DNA of 64,000 nt from Mobula birostris. Its lineage: Eukaryota. Under the pieces are notes generated by a model. It saw only the letters and a list, made by a program, of their open reading frames with translations. It ran no database searches and was not told the DNA's origin. Position 1 is the stretch's first letter, and each line of letters starts with the position of its first letter. Location of the stretch: assembly GCF_030028105.1 (NCBI RefSeq), contig NC_092376.1:186364438-186428437 (forward strand), written 5' to 3'. The position numbers and the translations under genes are program-made. This document shows positions 40,156 through 52,466 of this stretch, piece by piece.

Positions 40156-40829
40156 CAACACCTATTGAGAGGAACAAACAGTCAATGTTTCAGGCCAAGA
40201 GCCTTCACCAGGACTGGAAAAGCAGGGAGCAGAAGCCAGACTAAGAAGGTGGATGAAGGGGAAGGAGTACAAGCTGACAGATGATAGTTGGAACCAGGTA
40301 GGGACCAAGTGAAAGACTGGGAGGTGATCGATGGAAGAGGTAATGGGTTGAAAAAAAAGGGAATCTGACAGGAGTGGAGGGAGAAAGGGAAGGAGAAGGT
40401 GCACCAGAGGCAGGTAAGGAGAAGAGATGGGGCTAAGAGAAAATATAGTAACTTAGCATGTCATTTATCATTTACAAACACAAAATAAGTATCAAGTCAC
40501 AATTAGCAGTGTGAAATGGGACCTTTGTGATTTAGAATAAGGGAAACATTGTCTGAAATGACTCATTAATATCCAATTGCCTTCAGAGTTTGAGCTGTGT
40601 TGGATGTTTGTGTGGGTGGGGCTGATTTATGCTGGATGAAAGGAAAGTTAGGTTGATCAGCACTGGGTATGTGGGCAGGTGAAGCTGTCCTGTTAGTCTT
40701 CACCAATCTCACAGAGAACTGTAGACACATTTTATCACTGATTGGAAACATTGCTCCACGTCCTGTTCACAAAAGCTAATTGCTACTGATTCATTTCAGA
40801 AGGCTATTTATTACGTGCAATTTATGGTA

Positions 40830-41390
40830 CACACTCAGTGGCCACTTTATTAGTTACACCTTGCATCTGCTTGTTTATGGTACACATTCAGTGGCCACTT
40901 TATTAGTTACACCTTGCATCTGCTTGTTAATGCAAATATCTCATTATCCAATCATGTATCAATGCATAACAGCATGCTGATATGGTCAAGAGGTTCATTT
41001 GTTGTTCAGAGCAAACATCAGCATGAGGAAAAAAAAGGACTTTCACTGTGGAATATTTGTTGGTGTCAGAGAGGGTAGTTTACTGCTGGATTTTCACATA
41101 CAACAGTTTCTGGAGTTTACAGAGAATGGTGCAGGAAACAAAAGCACCCAGTGAGCAGCATTTCCATGGGTGAAAATGCCTTGTTATTGAGAGAGGTCAG
41201 AGGGGAATGACCAGACTGGGTCAAGTTGGCAGGAAGATGACAATAACTAAAATTGTCATGTTGTAGAACAGTGATGTGCCGAAGAGTATCTCAGAATGCA
41301 GTGCACATTGAACCTTGAAATGGATTGGCTACGGCAGCAGGAGAACACACCATATACCACTCCTGTACCTAATAAAGTGGCCACTGAGTG
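40830..41390 (+). mobile_element. Non-autonomous Tc1-derived element (same family as 30426-30984) with a duplicated left end
   Basis: TIRs CACTCAGTGGCCACTTTATTAG / CTAATAAAGTGGCCACTGAGTG; 53-bp tandem duplication at 40821-40926. Confidence 0.9.
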
Positions 41391-41835
41391 GGTATTCCAG
41401 CAGTAGCATTGGGTAGAATGGAAAAAAAAGTCTTTTATTTCCAATTGGATAAAATGTACCCTTTTTTAAATTCTCTTGTGTTATGCAGACATTCAATTGA
41501 TCATAACTGCTTGATTGAATCACTACTGAGACCCTCGTCTCCCTTCCTGAAATGCTTGGAGAAGTACCCATGTCATCACTGGAGGAAGATTGCAAGAGTG
41601 TAGGTTGAAATTTTCCTGATATCTGGTCTGATAGACCAACATTACTGAAAAAGCTTTTCTATTCATTATTTCATTCCTATTTAGGGATCTTGTGTTTTTC
41701 AAATTGCCTCTTTCTTCATCAGAGCTAAGATGCCATTTCAGAAGTGTATCCTTAATCCTTACCCTCTGTGGGAAGTCTCAGTGTCACAAAATGCAACAAG
41801 GTGGGGAGGTTGGGAGGTTTCCTAACTAACCTCTG

Positions 41836-42982
41836 CATGGGAGGTTAGTTAGGAAAATTCAGTAGCTAGGTATACGTGGAGAGGTGGTAAATTGGATTAG
41901 ACATTGACTCGATGGAAAAAGCCAAAGAGTGGTAGTAGAGAATTGCTTCTCCGAGTGGAGGCCTGTGACTAGTGGTGTGCCACAGGGATCAGTGCTGGGT
42001 CCATTGTTATTTGTCATCTATATCAATGATCTGGATGATAATGTGGTAAATTGGATCAGCAAATTTGCTGATGATACAAAGATTGGAGGTGTAGTAGACA
42101 GTGAGGAAGGTTTTCAGAGCCTGCAGAGGGACTTGGACCAGCTGGAAAAATGGGCTGAAAAATGGCAGATGGAGTTTAATACAGACAAGTGTGAGGTATT
42201 GCACGTTGGAAGGACAAACCAAGGTAGAACATACAGAGTAAATGGTAAGGCACTGAGGAGTGCAGTGGAACAGAGGGATCTGGGAATACAGATACAAATT
42301 TCTCTAAAAGTAACATCACAGGTAGATAGGGTCGTAAAGAGAGCTTTTGGTACATTGGCCTTTATTAATCAAAGTATTGAGTATAAGAGCTGGAATGTTA
42401 TGATGAGGTTGTATAAGGCATTACTGAGTCCGAATCTGGAGTATTGTGTTCAGTTTTGGTCACCAAATTACAGGAAGGATATTAATAAGGTTGAAAGAGT
42501 GCAGAGAAGGTTTACAAGGATGTTGCCGGGACTTGAGAAACTCAGTTACAGAGAAAGGTTGAATAGGTTAGGACTTTATTCCCTGGAGCGTAGAAGAATG
42601 AGGGGAGATTTGATAGAGGTATATAAAATTATGATGGGTATAGATAGAGTGAATGCAAGCAGGCTTTTTCCACTGAGGCAAGGGGAGAAAAAGCCAGAGG
42701 AGATGGGTTAAGGGTGAGGGGGGAAAAGTTTAAAGGGAACATTAGGGGCGGCTTCTTCACACAGAGAGTGGTGGGAGTATGGAATGAGCTGCCAGACGAG
42801 GTGGTAAATGCGGGTTCTTTTTTAACATTTAAGAATAAATTGGACAGATACATGGATGGGAGGTGTATGGAGGGATATGGTCCGTGTGCAGGTCAGTGGG
42901 ACTAGGCAGAAAATGGTTCGGCACAGCCAAGAAGGGCCAAAGGGCCTGTTTCTGTGCTGTAGTTTCTATGGTTTCTATGGTT
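41836..42982 (+). mobile_element. Young 5'-truncated CR1 LINE, RT C-terminal half almost intact
   Basis: 260-aa ORF 41929..42711 with SGVPQGSVLGPLLFVIYINDLD and SKFADDTK; one frameshift near 42690; TTTCTATGG tail. Confidence 0.97.
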
Positions 42983-43059
42983 AATTTATTATAAAAGTAT
43001 ACAACTTGAAATTCTTCTTCTCCAGGTAGCCATGAAAACCAAGAAAGAAAAGAAAGGCA

Positions 43060-43390
43060 GCACAATCATCAACCCCCAAAAATATCCCGTCACTCAGCAC
43101 AAAAAAAGAACAAAAACAGAACGTGCATATCAACCCCCAAATCTGTCTTCCCACACAAAAAAAAATGAACAAAAACAGAACAGACACATCGACCACCAAA
43201 TCCCTCCTCCTGCACGAAACAAACAAAATGAAACTGATCCATCAACCTCCAAATCCCCTTCCACACACAAAAAAACCCAAAATGGAACAGGCACATTAAC
43301 CCCTAAATTGCACCTCCCGCAAAAAACAACGAACAAAATGGAAACCCAGTCCATCACCCCCAAATCCCTTTCCCACACAAAAAAGGCAAG
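43060..43390 (+). repeat. Degenerate ~55-bp minisatellite, about 6 copies
   Basis: Recurrent CATCAACCCCCAAATC...CACACAAAAAA...CAAAA(T/A) units. Confidence 0.8.
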
Positions 43391-44828
43391 AAAGATTGTA
43401 TGAGAAACATAGAATTTTAAAAACTATAAGACAGAAAAAAACTATGTAAATATGATTGTTTTCTACATTTCTCTCTTTATTCCTTTGATTCAGCTTTCTC
43501 CTCCTTTTTCCTCCTTTCATAATGCTTTTCTTGATTGCCCAGCAATGTCAGGAGAAATGTGAAAAGTCAGGGTCACTAAGGTGTGGCACAGAGAGCTGAC
43601 TTAAAACAGACTCTTCCTTTACTTCATTTTTAACAACTCCATCAGAAAGTCAATGGAGTAGAGTACCCTGATGTTTACCTAAATGACCGTCAGGACCAAG
43701 ATGCAGAGGTCTGATTGAAGAGAGTGGAGACCCATTGGGAAAGAGGATTTACTTCTTTCCCACCTTCACTGCTATCTTGGTAAGCAGCAGCAGATGACAT
43801 CATTTAATATTTAATAGCCATATTCAAAGTTCAAATTAAATTCATTATCAAAATACATATGTGTTACCATATATTATATTGAGATTCATGTTACTGCAGG
43901 AACTTACAGGAAAATAAAGAAATACAATAAAAGTTATGAAAAGCTCTTCATAACGGCCAACAAACAACCAATGTGCAAAAGAATATAAATCATCAAAATA
44001 ATAAAAACAATAAATAAATAATACTGAGAACTTGAGTTGTAGATTCTTTACAAATAAGAATATACTCTAGGTTGTCAAGTCAGTTCAGCATTGAGGTGAG
44101 AGAAGTTATACACACTGGTTTAGCCGCCTGATGATGGTTGGCGGGTAATAACTATTCGTGAATCTGCAGATCTGTCTCTTGTACTCCTGCCTGATGCTAG
44201 TAGCGAAAAGAGAACATGGGCTGGATAGTGGCGTGGTCCTTCATGATGGATGCTGCTTTCTTAAAGCAGATTTCCTTGCAGATGGGGGGAGGACTGGCCA
44301 ACAACATGACCTCACTTTCTTCAACTGCGAGCCCAATTCTAAAGAGGATTCTAGTTTCAAGGCAGAGCAGATTTAAAATGGGGAAGAGTTATGCCTCATT
44401 TTAGCTCCACAGCATGCACAGCACCATATTTGGCAATGTGGAGTAGAGAGCAAGTTTATAAATCTAGCGGGAGTAAAGGATGTTGGGAACGGTGAGGGTG
44501 GAGTGGTGTGGGATGGGTGTGGTACCGGTGGCAGAGAAGGAGTGCCATGGACAGGGTGTGGAGTGGGTACAGACACCCTCAAGTGTGAGACACAAGGCAA
44601 GGTCATTTGATCCCGAACAATTGGTTTACTGATCATTACAGAATGTTTCTGGTGCTTTCCACTCCCTCCCCTCTTCATTCTCCTTTTCCCAACCATGATA
44701 ACCTCTCCCTGTTCCCTTCCCACTCTCAGTCCACAATAGAGACCCATATGAGAATCAGGTTTATCATTGCTCATATGTCACAAATTATTTTTTGTGGCAG
44801 CAGTACAGTGCAATACATAAAATTACTA

Positions 44829-44904
44829 CAGTACTGTGCAAAAGCCTTCAGCATTTTAGCTACAGTATATATGTATGTGTGCCTAAGACTTTTGCACACT
44901 ACTG
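44829..44904. mobile_element. 76-bp Tc1 MITE
   Basis: TA-CAGTACTGTGCAAAAGCCTT...AAGACTTTTGCACACTACTG-TA. The right TIR is identical to 428-453. Confidence 0.85.
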
Positions 44905-45179
44905 TATTTTATATAAAATCAGCTCTGATATGTGTGCTAGGCAAAGGAAGAACAGTTAATAATTTCCTTTGTCTGTTGCAAAGCCAGGCACAGCTCAAAT
45001 GATAGCACTCTCACCCCTGTGCTTTACGAGGGAGTGTTCAATTCTCACTCCACAGCTTTGCATAAAAGACAGCCTAGCTGAGAATGCATTGCAGTTCTGA
45101 CCACATGTTCATGATTGGAGATGTTGACATTTTGATGCAAATTTATTTGGATGTAATAGATACTGACAAAACTGATTCA

Positions 45180-47040
45180 GAAGTACTGATTCCCTGAAAA
45201 TGGCACTGCAGGTAGTCAAGGTTTTCAGCACACTGAATTTTGTTATGCTGGACATTAAATATAAAAGCTGGTATGTAATTTTGCATTTGTGGAGGGCAGT
45301 AGTGAGGCCACATTTGGAATACAGTAACACAGGAGGTTCTGCTGACCCTGGAGATCCAGAGCAACACATCACATAGTTTGGCACAGACGAGATGGACTGG
45401 AGGGCCTGTTCCTGTGCTATCGTTTTCCATGACTCTAAAATTCTGGGGGAGCTCAGCGGGCAAGGCAGCATCAATGGAAAGGAATAAACAGTTGCCATTT
45501 CAGGTCGAGACCCTTCTTCAGAGTTGGAAAGGAAGGAGGAAGACATCAGAATAAAAATGTGGGACACGGGGAAGGAGGCTAGCTGGAAGATGATGGAAGG
45601 ACTGGAGAAGAAGTAACCTGATAGGAGAAAGTGAAGAAGGAGGAGCACATCGGCAGGCAACGAGAAGAGATAAGATACGTGGTTGTGATAGCAAATTCTG
45701 GTGAACAGTCTTGGTCCTAAACATCAGTATTTTATTCTGCTCTATAGATCAATAGTTCAATCATTCCATTTAATATCAAGAATATATACAATATAAAACC
45801 TGAAATTCTTGATTTTAGATGCTGCCTGACTTGCTGACTTCCTCCTGCATTCCATGTGTTCCATTTGGAATACTATGTTCAGTTTTAGTCACCCTGCTAT
45901 GGGAAAGGTGCCACTTAGCTGAGTGCATAAGAGTGCGGAAAAAATCCTGCAGAGAAGTGCAGAATAATATGTGTTGATGTTACCAGTACTTGAGGGATTG
46001 AGTTATAGGGAAGTTTTGGACAAGATAGTATATTATTCCTTGGAGCACAGGAGACTGAGGGGTGATCTTATAAACATGTATAAAATCACAAGGGACATAG
46101 ATAGGGTGATGCATACAGCCCTTTTGCCAGGGCTGAGGAATCAAGAACTAGAGGGCATAGATATAAGGTGAGAGGGAAACTTGAAGGGAAACTTTTTTCA
46201 CACAGAGGGTGATGTTTGAATGCAACAAACTGCCAGAGAAGTGGATGAGGCCAGTTGGGTAAGAATATTTAACAAGCATTTGGATAGGTAATTCAAAGTA
46301 AATTTATTATCAAGTTACATATATGTCACCATCTATAACCCTGAGATTAATTTTCTTGTGGGCATGATCAATAAACCTATAGAATAGTAACTATAGCAGG
46401 ATCAATGAAAGATCAACAAGAATGCAGAAGACAACAAACTGTGCAATTGCAACTGTAAATAAAAAGCTATAAATAACGAGATCTGGAGAAAGTGAGATAA
46501 AGAGTCTTTAATGATCATTGGTCGAGGGAACATTTCAATGATGGGGCAAGTGAGTGTACTTATCTCCTTTTATCCAAGAGCCTGATGGTTGAAAGGTAGA
46601 AACTGTTCTTGAACTTGGAGGTGTGAGTCCTGAGGCTCTTATATCTTGTACATAATGGCAGCAGTGAGGAGAGAGCATGGCCTGAATGTTGTGTCTCTAA
46701 CGATGGATGCTGCTTTCCTATGACAGCATTTCATGTAAATGTACTGAATGGTTGGGAGGGCTTTATCCATGATGGTCTGGCCCGAATCCATGACCATTGT
46801 TTGCATTTTCTTGTGGGCATGATCAATAAATGTTCAAAGGCATTGGTGTTTCCACACCAGGCCATGATGCAGCCAGTCAATATACTCTCCACTACACCTC
46901 TCGATACATGGAGAAGAAAAGTTTAGTGTCATATGGGACATATGTGGGCAACTAGAACTGGAGTAGATGGACAGCTTGATCAGTATGGATGATTTGAGCC
47001 AAATGACCTGTTTCCATGCTTCATGAATCTGTGACTCTGA
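45180..47040 (+). mobile_element. Fragmented CR1 pieces with nested Penelope and Rex1/Babar insertions
   Basis: ORF 45971..46171 reads LEGLSYREVLDK...LRGDLI. Penelope pieces at about 45335-45700; Rex1/Babar on the minus strand at about 46290-46900; CR1 tail at about 46930-47040. Confidence 0.7.
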
Positions 47041-48353
47041 AGCAAGGGAATTGTCCTAAGTGCTTTGGCCATTATTTATCTTACACACAACCTTGCATTG
47101 ACAGTAAGGGAGGAGAGCAGAAATCGCAGGAGAATAAATCAAAAAGGTACGTAACCTAAGGCTGCGATGTGCACAATAATGTTTATTCCATAATATTAAG
47201 AATGAAGCATTAAGTATGAGACAAACAAATATTCAGGTATTGCACATACCTCTGCTCAACAAGCCTCACTGTTGCAGGTCTGATTCAGAAATCAGATTGA
47301 TTATCACTGATCTCCATTGTGAAATGTTTGAAAGATGATGTAATCACTGCTCTTTGTGTGATCTTACTGTACACATGATGGCTGTTGTGTATATAAAAAA
47401 TATACAGTGCTAAGCTTCAGGAGCAATCAGAGGCTGTAAAAAAAAATGACAAACCATCGTTTGTTTCGGTCCAGAACCCATCCCTCTTCCTGCAGAAGTC
47501 GACTTGCCTCTTCTTGCTGCACAGAATGTATCTTCGAACCAGGATACAGTCTGCTTGTTTTCACAGCAGGGTTCAGGGAGCGTGCACCTCCGCTTGGGGT
47601 TCTGCCTATCGCAGATGGCAGCAGAGGCTGTGAAGTTGCACTTCATAACAGCAAAGGTCACAAATCGCACAGAGAATCCGTGGAGACTGGACTCCACAAC
47701 ACATGGTGAGGAACTGACATTTACCACTAATTCCAAAGCCTGCCAGCGTGATATTTGGGATGGAAATCGATTATCCTGACTCCATTGGCTTTGAAAGCCA
47801 CTATAGTTTCAAATCTGTCACCTCAGTAAATATAACAGTGTTTGAAATTAGCATTTTTAATAACACCCAGTGTTTCTAAGTCTACATTGATAATATCCAA
47901 AAGCATATCCGCTAATCATGTCAGTTTGTGAAAAGGAATTTAATTTATCTATTTTTAAAATGATAAATTTCAATCATTCAGTTATACTATGTCATTTAGA
48001 GCTATTTTGTTTTTTTTCTGGCTTTGTATTGTATTATTTCCCAGCGCTCTATAGTTTGCCCTTTCACCTGGATCCAGATGAGCTTTAGCCGTAGAAGCAG
48101 GCCATTTGGCCCAACTCATCCATACTGACCAGCGTGCCTCCTAAGCTCCTCCCACTCTCCCACATATCAAAATACAAAATTATTATAAAAGGATGTACAG
48201 TATACCATGTGCAATCTTAAAATACATTTTCTTGCAGACATCCACAAAACAAAGAGACTACAGAATCCCTGAAAGACCACAAACTACAAAGCCAGACAAA
48301 GATCCAAAGTGCAAAAGTGGACAATTTATAAAAAAATAAACACATAATACATA

Positions 48354-49150
48354 TGTAATTCCCTGGTTAGGATTTTTACTGTTATGCTGTAGGTATTTCA
48401 TTATAATCAGTTTATTTCTGTAAAAGCAGTGTTCCATATTGGAAGCATGTTTTGGCTTTGACTAAGATAAGGACACGTTATCCAACTCAGGAATGTGAGG
48501 CAGCCCATCAGGATTGTGAGGAAGAGTTCTCTGAAGGACAGTAGTCTGGTTCGGGGGTCTTTCCGGCCGGAGCTGCGAGAGAATAGGTGGGAAGGTGGCT
48601 GAGAATGCCATCCATGTTGCACAAGATGCTTTGTGCAGGTGAAAGGCTCCAAGGAGCAAGAGCCTGTACTCCCGTGGGAGAGCCCACTTGTTTCAGATGG
48701 ATTTCGAGTGACATTTGGAATATGGTGTGTGCTTTCATGTAGACTGTGGGTTCAGCATATGAGAGAAAAGAACAACTTCAAGCTGAGTACAACTGTATGT
48801 GCACATTTGGAATGGTCTAACTCTAATGGGCTTTATATATTTTTCTTTCCTTTTCTTTTTCCTACTAACTGTTCAACAGTGTTGAAAGTTGTAAACATAC
48901 TTAATTTATAATTTTATACAGTGTATGATCTGTAATTTCTTGCTGACTGTCAATTGCGTATGGGCAGTATTCATGCAGCATTCACTCAGATTGGAACATC
49001 ACAACATTCCTGTTTGGTTGAACCCCGAATCATACCGACCTAAGACGTATATCATTTATGAAAGGTGACCTTCTCATCACTGAGTCCCGTGGCTATCTGG
49101 GGGGCCTGCAATGAGCCAAGTTTCCATACGAGCACAGTGATGGGGTTGCA
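48354..49150 (+). mobile_element. Solo LTR, 797 bp, 4-bp TSD
   Basis: Termini TGTAA...TTGCA, with CATA at 48350-48353 and 49151-49154. Strand is relative only. Confidence 0.8.
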
Positions 49151-49649
49151 CATAGAACATTAAGCCCAAGTTCAAGTTCATCGTCATTTGACTGCACTTA
49201 TATACAACCAAACGAAATAATGTTCCTCTGGACATTCAAGCACCCACAATACATATATCACACATAGAACGTAAAACAGTACAGCTCAGGAACAGGCTCT
49301 CCTGATGAACCTGTTATAAAACATAGAAGACTTGACTCAAAATCAGAGCAGCAGAGATGTTTTGTAGTGAGCAATAATTTTAATAATAGACTGCAAGATG
49401 GCTAGTCATGAAGGGCCACAAAACAAGAGAGAACATAGACTGAACACAACAGGGAATGAGGTAACTGGCTGAGGCAGGGCTGGCTCGATGAATGATCGGA
49501 CTATGGATGAGAACTGGGGTTAAATAGGCTGCAGGTGATGAGGGAGAAACAGGTGGCAGGTGACTCCTAAAAGCTGGGTAGAGACTGGTAGGTGCTTACC
49601 TGTGCAGGCCTGACAGGACCCTCTCCCCTACGGCTGGCTTCCGACAGCC

Positions 49650-49815
49650 ATGATGACCCAGATGTGATTGGTAGAACTCCTCAAAGAGAGATAGATCCAA
49701 ACATGTAACTGAATGGCACTAAAGATCTCTCCTCTGGGCTGTACTCTTCACAGTTGATCAATTACTACACACACCATTCACAATGATGTGAATCTATCAC
49801 CTATATGAACTGAAC
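49650..49815 (-). pseudogene. Integrase-terminal chromodomain remnant
   Basis: Reads approximately LINCEEYSPEERSLVP (cf. YLVDWEGYGPEERSWVP), immediately before the polypurine tract. Confidence 0.65.
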
Positions 49816-49849
49816 CACCTTCCACTATCCTAAGTTGAGTTGAGTTGTC

Positions 49850-50420
49850 CACAGGCTTGAGGCACGACATATGGAAAGGTACTTGTGCTCTAAGCTGCTG
49901 TGATAGTAATGGACCAACAGCCCTTCTATACTCTGGCTACATTCTGCTGCAAGGGTCCGGAATTCCATGGCATAATCCAGCGCAAATGTTGAACCTTGAT
50001 GCAGGTGAACTTTCTGATCTGGCGCCTTACTGGATGGTAAAAGTAAACAGCACATCTCAGCAGCGAGATCTTCATTTGTTGCAAATGTTTTTTTTTATTT
50101 TCTCAGTTAGCAGCTATCCCACTCAAGAGAAAAGTGACAAAGGCAATTTTGGCTCGGTCTATAGCAACACGGACAGCTGAAGCTTGAAGCGCAAGATGCA
50201 CTGGGACAAGAAGTTGCGACACTGCGATTGGGATCCGTCAAAGCGTTCAGGCACGGGTATCTAGAGCTCAGAGGGAGGAGGCTGACCGGCGCAGGGTTGC
50301 TGTATTGTGGCAGTGTAGAAAGAGAATGACGAGCTGATGGTCAATGGTTTCCTGCTGCTTCTGGATCGTCAGCTCACATTGACGGAAAACTTTAGGTGAG
50401 CGTACTCTGCTGGGTCAATC
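49850..50420 (-). pseudogene. Gypsy gag remnant
   Basis: Reads PVPERFDGSQSQCRNFLSQCILRFKLQ...DRAKIAFV... and LHQGSTFALDYAMEFRTLAAE. Confidence 0.85.
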
Positions 50421-50707
50421 AATGGCTAACTCATCCTGTCAGGAAATGGAGAAGAGGCTTGAACCAAATGCAGAGCAGTGGAGGCGAACAAGCGGTGAGT
50501 GATAACTTTAATAATAGACTGCAAAATAACAAGCCACAAGAGGCCGTAGTACAAGAGAGAACAGATACTAAACACAACTGGCAACTAGCTCAGAGCAACT
50601 GGGTGAGACCGACTAGTTCAATGAGTGAACAAAGACTGTGGATGAGAACTGAGCTGAAGTAGGCTGCAGGTGATGAGTCTGGAATGAGTAGCAAGTGAAT
50701 CCTAATT

Positions 50708-51459
50708 CAGTGAAACCCCGTTATAACGCGATCGTTTGGGCCCATAAAATGTCATAGCAAAAAAAGCGGGGTCACGCTAAATCAGGGTTGTTGTTACTGT
50801 AGAAATTAAAACACAAATTAATTTTTAGTAAAGCTTTTTAATACACAAAACAACAAATAAAAACATACAAGAATATTAGCAATCATCATTTACAGTTTAT
50901 TTCTTAAAAAAATGATCGAGTGTTCCTTGCTTGAACGTAGCATGTCACTGGCTGCGAGCGAAATCTAGAATGCTTCTGAGTTGAAGGTTCCAGCCACGAA
51001 GTGTTGAATCTGGTATCCTGAGGTCTTGTGCAACTTGAGTCTGAATTTTAGTCCTGATCACGTCAAGTGCACGAAGCTTATCTTTCACAGAAAAAGATTT
51101 TCTTTTTCTAGCAGTTTGTTCCATTATGAGCAAAAAAAAGTCCAATGACTCACACAAAATGCTGGTGGAATGCAGCAGGCCAGGCAGCATCTGGTTGAGA
51201 CCCTTCGTCAGGACTAACAGTAAAAAAAGATCGTAAGAGATTTGAAAGTGGGAGGGGGAGGGAGAGACCCAAAGTGATAGAAGAGAGGAGGGGGAGGGAT
51301 GAAGCCAAGAGCTGGGAAGTTGATTGGCAAAAGGGATACAAGGCTGGAGAAGGGGGAGTATGGATTGACATGGACATGGATGGACATGGAGTTCAGTGAC
51401 TCATCGCATTATATTCGAATTTGTGTTAAATCGGGGCACGTAAAATCAGGGTTTCACTA
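50708..51459 (-). mobile_element. Tigger/pogo DNA transposon derivative inserted into the Gypsy LTR
   Basis: TIRs CAGTGAAACCCCGTTATAACG / CGTAAAATCAGGGTTTCACTA. CENP-B-type HTH MEQTARKRKSFSVKDKLRALDVIRTKIQTQVAQDLRIPDSTLRGW. Confidence 0.85.
51153..51389 (-). mobile_element. Penelope-derived fragment inside the Tigger element
   Basis: Terminal repeat with GACCCTTCGTCAGGACT; degenerate 14-bp TSD AGTCCAATGACTCA / AGTTCAGTGACTCA. Confidence 0.8.
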
Positions 51460-51504
51460 TAGTTGGGAGGAGACTAAAAAGTGTCTGCATGAGTAGTACT
51501 GACG

Positions 51505-52180
51505 GAACCAAATCAATTAATAATCAAATAGCCAATCGAAACTAATCGCTTATGCCTCTACCATCACCCCAGGCACTCACTTCGCTTCGTGCAAAAAAAC
51601 TTGCCCTTCACATCTCTTTTTAAATTATCCCCTTTCATGTTAAATACATGCCCTCTGATATTAGACATTTCAGCACTGGAAAAAAATACTGTCTATCTAC
51701 TCTATTTTTGTCTCTCATAATGTTATAATCATTTATTAGATCTCACCTCAGTCTCTGCCGTTGCAGAGAAAACAACCCATTTCTCCAACCTCTCATTATA
51801 ACATATGCCCTCTAATTCAGGAAGCATCCTGGTAAGCCTCTTCTACCCTCTCTCCAAAACATCGACATCCTTCATGTGATGTGGAGACCAGAACTGATGA
51901 GGCCAAACTAATATTTTATAAAGTTGAAACATAACTCCCAGATTTTTTAACTCAGTACCTCAACAAATAAAGGCAAGCATGCTATGTGCCTTCTTAACCA
52001 TCCTATTAACCTGCGTAGCCACTTTCAGGGAGTTATGAACTTTGACCTCAGATCCCTCTCCTCATCGACACAGCTACACTGGTAAAAGTCTTGCTCTTAT
52101 TGTCTCTTTACATTTGACCTACCAAAGTGCAACGCTTCACATTCGGCTGTGTTAAACTCCATCTGCCATTTCAGCTGTAA
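51505..52180 (-). mobile_element. CR1 3' fragment whose tail lies at about 49262-49311, beyond the Gypsy insertion
   Basis: Minus-strand KWQMEFN..ECEALHFGRSN and FTRMLP-like motifs. Confidence 0.85.
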
Positions 52181-52466
52181 GTGATCTACAGAGCTTAGAA
52201 AAGGTATTCAACACCTTTGGAAGTTTTCATCTTTTATTGTTTTATAACATTAAGTCGCAATGGATGTAACTTACCTTTTTTTTATATGATCAACAGTAAA
52301 AGACTGTTTTGTATCAAAGGGAAAACAGATGTCTACAAAGTGATCTAAATTAATTACAAATATAAAACACAAAATTGTTGTTTGCATGAGTTTTCATCCT
52401 CTTTAGGTCAGTATTTAGTAGATGCATCTTTGGCAGCAATTACAGCCTTGAGTCTATGTGGATAGG

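Larger units (their letters stand above)
49312..51504 (-). mobile_element. Internally deleted Ty3/Gypsy (chromovirus/sushi-like) LTR retrotransposon
   Basis: 5-bp TSD GAACC at 49307-49311 and 51505-51509. LTRs at 49312-49615 and 50437-50707 plus 51460-51504; polypurine tract at 49616-49629; gag and chromodomain remnants. Confidence 0.9.

Noticed and set aside
41929-42711. Longest ORF (260 aa) as a host gene or retron-like RT
   Set aside because: It is an ordinary 5'-truncated CR1 ORF2 with a CR1 tail and a terminal frameshift.
43032-43403. Lys/Thr-rich 123-aa ORF
   Set aside because: It is a product of the A/C-rich minisatellite.
50945-51190. Domesticated CENP-B/TIGD gene
   Set aside because: Only the N-terminal HTH is present, it sits between TIRs, and the ORF's first residues come from a Penelope insertion.
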